A stretch of DNA of 10,851 nucleotides, from positions 1 to 10,851 of the forward strand of contig JBHGNT010001221.1 in assembly GCA_043228905.1 (NCBI GenBank), read 5' to 3'. This document shows, piece after piece, positions 7,501 through 10,851 of the stretch. Below the pieces are notes generated by a model. The model made no database searches. It was not told the origin of the DNA and saw only the letters and a program-made list of their open reading frames with translations. The position numbers and the translations under genes were made by a program. Origin of the DNA: Azolla caroliniana (lineage: Eukaryota; Plantae; Polypodiophyta). The number at the start of each line of letters is the position of its first letter. The first letter of the stretch is position 1.

Positions 7501-8739
7501 AAAGAGATGAGTACTTGAGAAAAATGAGATTATTTTGGGGAGTTTTGAAAATTGAGGATTATATTTCTGATAATTTTTTGTGTTTTGTGTATCAATCTTA
7601 CCGAATATTTCTTGCAGGGAACTTCTAAGGGGGCCATTATATTATGTGCTGGTTTTGTCTGTCTGCACTGTTTTCTTTTGGAGGGAGTCTCCTGTAGGGA
7701 TGCTCGGATTAGCTACAATGTGTGGAGGTGATGGTAAGAAATATGTGTCTTCAGCTCTCTCACAGTTTATTTTTTGTGGTTTCTTCCTCATCTGTATTGG
7801 GAACCAACATTAGACATATTATCATTTTGGTTTGGCTCATCACTAATGCATATTTAATACAGACTATCTAGTAGTAATCACTGTGTTCCTGATCATTGGG
7901 CATATCTAATAACGTCATGAAATTTGTGAGCAACTTTTGTAATTATTGTTGACCATTAATTAGACATATTTAATAATTTCATGAGATTTTATTATGTTTC
8001 ATGATTAGGTTTCGCAGACATAATCGGGAGGAAGATGGGTGGTGTTAGGCTTCCTTACAACCCTAATAAAAGCTGGGCAGGCAGTATATCTATGTTTGTG
8101 TTTGGATTTTTGCTTTCGATCAGGTGAGATCATTTTGTTATGAATTGGTTATTCAAGGGCACACATCAATAATACCCATGCTAGTTGTGGTAAATTGTAA
8201 TTGCAAATCATATCTCTTGTATTTTTCCTAGTTATCAATATCTACCCCTTGTTAAACTGTTAGGTTTTGATATTTAAGAAAATAGAAGGGGTACAATTTA
8301 TGGGACAAAAACATGAAAATACCCCCTTCCAAGCTCTCAAAAATTACCAGAGCACATCTGATGCAGTAGATTTTTTACTGGATGGGTATTCTTTTAATTT
8401 TGATTTGGTCTCTTTCTCTCATTTCTATTATCCATGATATAACCAGGTTATTACTGGATATATTTCCAATGTTTTTTTTAAGTTGACCTTTTGATATCAT
8501 CGAGAATCTATCTGATGTCCAGTTGGTTCTTTTTTCTTGACAGCTTTCTCTACTATTACTCATCTCTAGGGTTCTATCTCTTGGATTGGACAAGGGCAAT
8601 TCAAGATGTTGCCTTGATCTCCTTTGTGGCTACGCTTGTGGAGTCTTTGCCTCTCCCTACAGTGTTCGATGATAATCTCACAGTTCCTTGCGTATCTATT
8701 CTCTTTGGACTTATCCTATTCCCTATGGTTCTTTCCTAA
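4086..8739 (+). CDS. VTE5: Phytol kinase (VTE5-like, CTP-dependent isoprenoid-alcohol kinase), chloroplastic; join(4086..4532,5306..5373,7116..7247,7618..7733,8009..8123,8544..8739), 1074 nt, 357 aa
   Basis: Six GT-AG exons with compatible phases 0/2/2/1/2. The spliced protein has LSRKLMHISTG, WPLFS, ELLRGPLYY, FFWRESPVG, MCGGDGFADIIGRK, LPYNPNKSWAGSISMF, LYYYSSLG, VATLVESLP and DDNLTVP. From my recall of the families, WRESP.G, MCGGDG and KSWAGSISMF favour VTE5 over farnesol kinase FOLK (LCAGDG type). The N-terminal ~110 aa are Ser/Thr/Arg-rich, like a transit peptide. Confidence 0.92.
4713..5182. repeat. Degenerate internal repeat array in intron 1
   Basis: Motif approximately GTCTAT.AGCATG..T.TGAGACACT at 4723, 4929, 5029 and 5156; companion motif ATAAT(AT)(C/T)CATT at 4773, 4964 and 5102; TTTGCTATG at 4713 and 4991. 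Confidence 0.6.
5306..5373 (+). CDS. VTE5: Phytol kinase exon 2 (68 nt; not in the ORF track)
   Basis: CAG| KLSRKLMHISTGVLYVMSWPLF(S) AG|GTAATT. Confidence 0.9.
5680..6200. repeat. Old direct duplication in intron 2 (offset ~321 bp; ~5680-5880 vs ~6001-6200)
   Basis: Colinear exact blocks ATGACTGAAGAG (5680/6001), TATGTAGGCAAGAAA (5699/6020) and CATTTCCACCAA (5739/6087), then GGA.TATGTA and GAGAT.A.GTTCCT.AAC. Right ends are approximate. Confidence 0.8.
6551..6660. repeat. Compound inverted repeat (foldback; possible MITE/DNA-transposon relic) in intron 2
   Basis: 6551-6587 is the reverse complement of 6604-6640 at 35 of 37 positions with a 16-nt loop. 6573-6597 is also complementary to 6637-6660 (1 mismatch, 1 bulge). 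Confidence 0.9.
7116..7247 (+). CDS. VTE5: Phytol kinase exon 3 (132 nt)
   Basis: Pyrimidine tract + CCCAG| (S)VSPWSRFFAVSIPLSNVLKLLVYGTGILKDEGLVKSISRMGTS(K) |GTATGT. Confidence 0.9.
7618..7733 (+). CDS. VTE5: Phytol kinase exon 4 (116 nt)
   Basis: TTGCAG| ELLRGPLYYVLVLSVCTVFFWRESPVGMLGLATMCGGD(G) |GTAAGA. Confidence 0.93.
8009..8123 (+). CDS. VTE5: Phytol kinase exon 5 (115 nt; not in the ORF track)
   Basis: TTAG| (G)FADIIGRKMGGVRLPYNPNKSWAGSISMFVFGFLLSI(S) AG|GTGAGA; contains the KS..GS motif of the CTP-transferase/dolichol kinase family. Confidence 0.93.
8544..8739 (+). CDS. VTE5: Phytol kinase exon 6 (terminal)
   Basis: TTTTTCTTGACAG| FLYYYSSLGFYLLDW...VATLVESLPLPTVFDDNLTVP...MVLS TAA. 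Confidence 0.93.
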
Positions 8740-9811
8740 AGCAGTATGATTTGGTTAGCAATTCTCAATATACTTACGATGTACATGAGAGATTTATATC
8801 TTTTGAATGTGAATGTGTTAAGAGTATGAGGTCTTATTCCAGGACTTGAAATGTTAAGAACCTTCCTCATACTCCGAAAGTGACCTGATTTGGTTAGAAC
8901 TTTAGATACTTTTGATGTCAATATCCGAGTGTCTTTTACACTTCATATATATTTAATGTGATATGTGAGGTTTTAGTCAATAGTTTATTATGATGAGGAC
9001 ATTAAATGTACTCAAATAATTAATTGGCTTAGGGTTTTTGGTTCTGAATGGTCAAGAAGCTTCTCAAATCTTGTTTGGTTTTGGTGTGGTGTTGTTTATG
9101 TGGCCAAATTAATTGCACTAAAAAATCCTTTTTGATTGAGGTTTGCGGTGGGCGGTAAAGACCCTTCTTAAATATGTGCTCAATAAAGTTCTTGGTTTAG
9201 GAGTTTTGTAGTGTGATATCTTAAATACTTCATTGGCACAAGGTTCTTGCTTCACATGCTTATAGATGTTAATTTACCAAGGACCATTGCTCTTTGGTCT
9301 GCATCATAATGTCCTATGTATTATTAGCATTACATCAACTTAGTAGTGCTTTTTTTCCAAGGAGAAATTGAACAATTGTGGTAGAGGTTGAATGGATTTG
9401 TAAATAAAAAAAGAAACAAACTTGTAGAAGAGGATAATTGACTTTTCTTTCAGAGGTTGGTATTTCAAAGAACTATTTAAAGAACCGGGATTGTATTGCA
9501 GGCATTAGATTAATGGAAGCAACTAGAAGAGGACTTAATCTGTGTAAAGTTGGGATGCCTCTAATTAAATGCAAGAAAATTCTCTCGTCATAATTTGTGG
9601 ATTTCTATATCATGCCTGTGCTTGTGAGCAACAATGTTCCAATTGCTTTTTCAATAAACTGTTAAGTAAGCTCAAATAGAAGATTGTATTAGTCGTCTAT
9701 ACTCATGGTTGTATGGGGATTGAAGCTTTAGTATATTTTTGGCTTGCCAATTACAATTTCGATGGAGAACTTGTGAGAGGTTACTTTCAACACCGAGAAC
9801 ATATCTATGCT

Positions 9812-9865
9812 GAAGAGCATATGATCACAACGGAGTATGTATATGGAAGAGCACATAATCACAAC
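9812..9865. repeat. Short direct repeat, 2 x 20 bp with 34-bp period
   Basis: GAAGAGCATATGATCACAAC (9812-9831) and GAAGAGCACATAATCACAAC (9846-9865), 18/20 identical. Confidence 0.8.
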
Positions 9866-9951
9866 AATTGTGAATAACTCATGTTGTTATGTGCCTGACT
9901 GGCGGCGGCGACATTCTCTTTTTTTACATGAAGGCAGAAGGTAGAGCAGAT

Positions 9952-9996
9952 TATATATATGAATCTTCGTCTTCTGCTCCCTCCCTCCCTCCTTCC
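9952..9996 (+). promoter_or_regulatory. Candidate core promoter (TATA box + pyrimidine patch) of the second kinase copy
   Basis: TATATATAT at 9952-9960, followed by CT-rich TCTTCGTCTTCTGCTCCCTCCCTCCCTCCTTCC directly before ATG 9997. Confidence 0.4.
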
Positions 9997-10851
9997 ATGC
10001 CAGGATTTCCTCTGGCAGGATGTGTGTGTTTTATGGCACAGGTCAAAGATGGCTGCTCAACAACCCATGTGTTTGTGCAGCAGACCTTGGACTGCAATAC
10101 TGTCGAGTGCACAAGATGGAGCTCCCTAACACCGGATGCGTCCGTGAACTCTTTTGTCGTCACTCTTGTACAAGAACGAAATTAAATTGAAAGACTAGTG
10201 CTGCTTGCTGAGAGCATTCAACATGATATCCTATGCTCCCTATTTTTATTGGATCTTAGATTCTTATGTTTGGATTAAGCTGTCTGACATCTTGGTAGAG
10301 GAGAACTTCATCGAACAGGTATGCTTATCATATTTGAAGGCTCAATTTTGAGTTTTGTAATATAAAATTCATTCTATTGCATTACAGGGTATTTTTTTGG
10401 TCCCATTTCTGCATGATTTATTCATCTATGCATTAGTTGTTCAAGGCATGTAATCATCTGCTTCCATTTTGTTTTACCATTTTGTCTGTCAAGGTACATA
10501 TAATCGTCTGGTTTGGTATGGGTGTATAACCATGCTCTGAGACACTCTGTTTCATGTGGTACATAATATGCATAATCCATACAAAACCTTTCTGTACGGC
10601 ATTGAACATGAATTAGAATTATGGAGACATTAGTTTATTCTGGTTACATAAACCTCACATGTAGTTTAAGCTTTTTTGCTATGCAATTTGGTGTATGTAA
10701 CTAAGGATGGTAAATCAGGAGACATATTTTCTTCATAATATCCATTTGGTTCTTCAAGTTTCAACTTGGGTATGCTATGTGATTTAGCATCATTAACATG
10801 CATTGAACTCTTATTTTCTTGATATTATTCATTTAACCTTAAGATTTTAAG
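9997..10851 (+). pseudogene. Tandem paralog of the phytol kinase gene (exon 1 disrupted, plus intron 1); continues beyond the window
   Basis: 10219-10318 matches 4437-4532 (QHDILCSL...VWIKLSDILVEENFIEQ|GTATG vs QHDILCTL...VWIKLFDILVKKNFIEQ|GTATG). It has 49 nt instead of 45 nt between CATGAT and TGGATTAAG (frameshift, TAA 10276) and an in-frame TAA at 10183. 10319-10851 is colinear with intron 1 of copy 1 (TTCATCTATG, ATAATCCAT, ATTATGGAGACA, TTCTGGTTA, TCTTCATAATAT). The start position is uncertain. Confidence 0.8.

Noticed and set aside
5256-8280. Exact 15-mer TTTGATATTTAAGAA in intron 1 (5256-5270) and intron 5 (8266-8280)
   Set aside because: Very AT-rich with no flanking extension; plausible by chance in a window of this size.
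8243-8327. TACCCCTT / AAGGGGTA 8-bp inverted repeat in intron 5 as MITE termini
   Set aside because: Too short, no TSD, and the arms do not extend.
4086-8739. Calling the gene farnesol kinase (FOLK) or dolichol kinase
   Set aside because: WRESPVG, MCGGDG, KSWAGSISMF and LYYYSSLG match the VTE5 clade better as I recall it; a phylogeny is needed to confirm, and substrate specificity is not provable from sequence.

Overview
Eukaryotic land-plant nuclear DNA, not prokaryotic. A non-seed plant such as a fern is my low-confidence impression only. It has three parts. (1) 1-2682 is the 3' half of a decayed Ty1/copia LTR retrotransposon on +: integrase C-terminus, RT, RNase H, polypurine tract and a ~319-bp 3' LTR. 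It is disabled by six premature stops and two frameshifts. (2) 4086-8739 (+) is an apparently intact six-exon phytol kinase gene (VTE5-like, 357 aa, Ser/Arg-rich plastid transit peptide); all intron phases join in frame. (3) From ~9997/10219 to the window end lies the start of a tandem paralog. Its end of exon 1 and intron 1 align with the first copy, but its 5' leader looks unrelated and carries a stop and a frameshift. I found no clearly new multi-gene system. The best leads are post-transcriptional and evolutionary: a uAUG cluster inside a candidate 67-nt 5'-UTR intron, a two-state intronic foldback masking a cryptic poison acceptor, competing acceptors at exon 2, and a paralog that may have lost its transit peptide. 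These functional readings are hypotheses.
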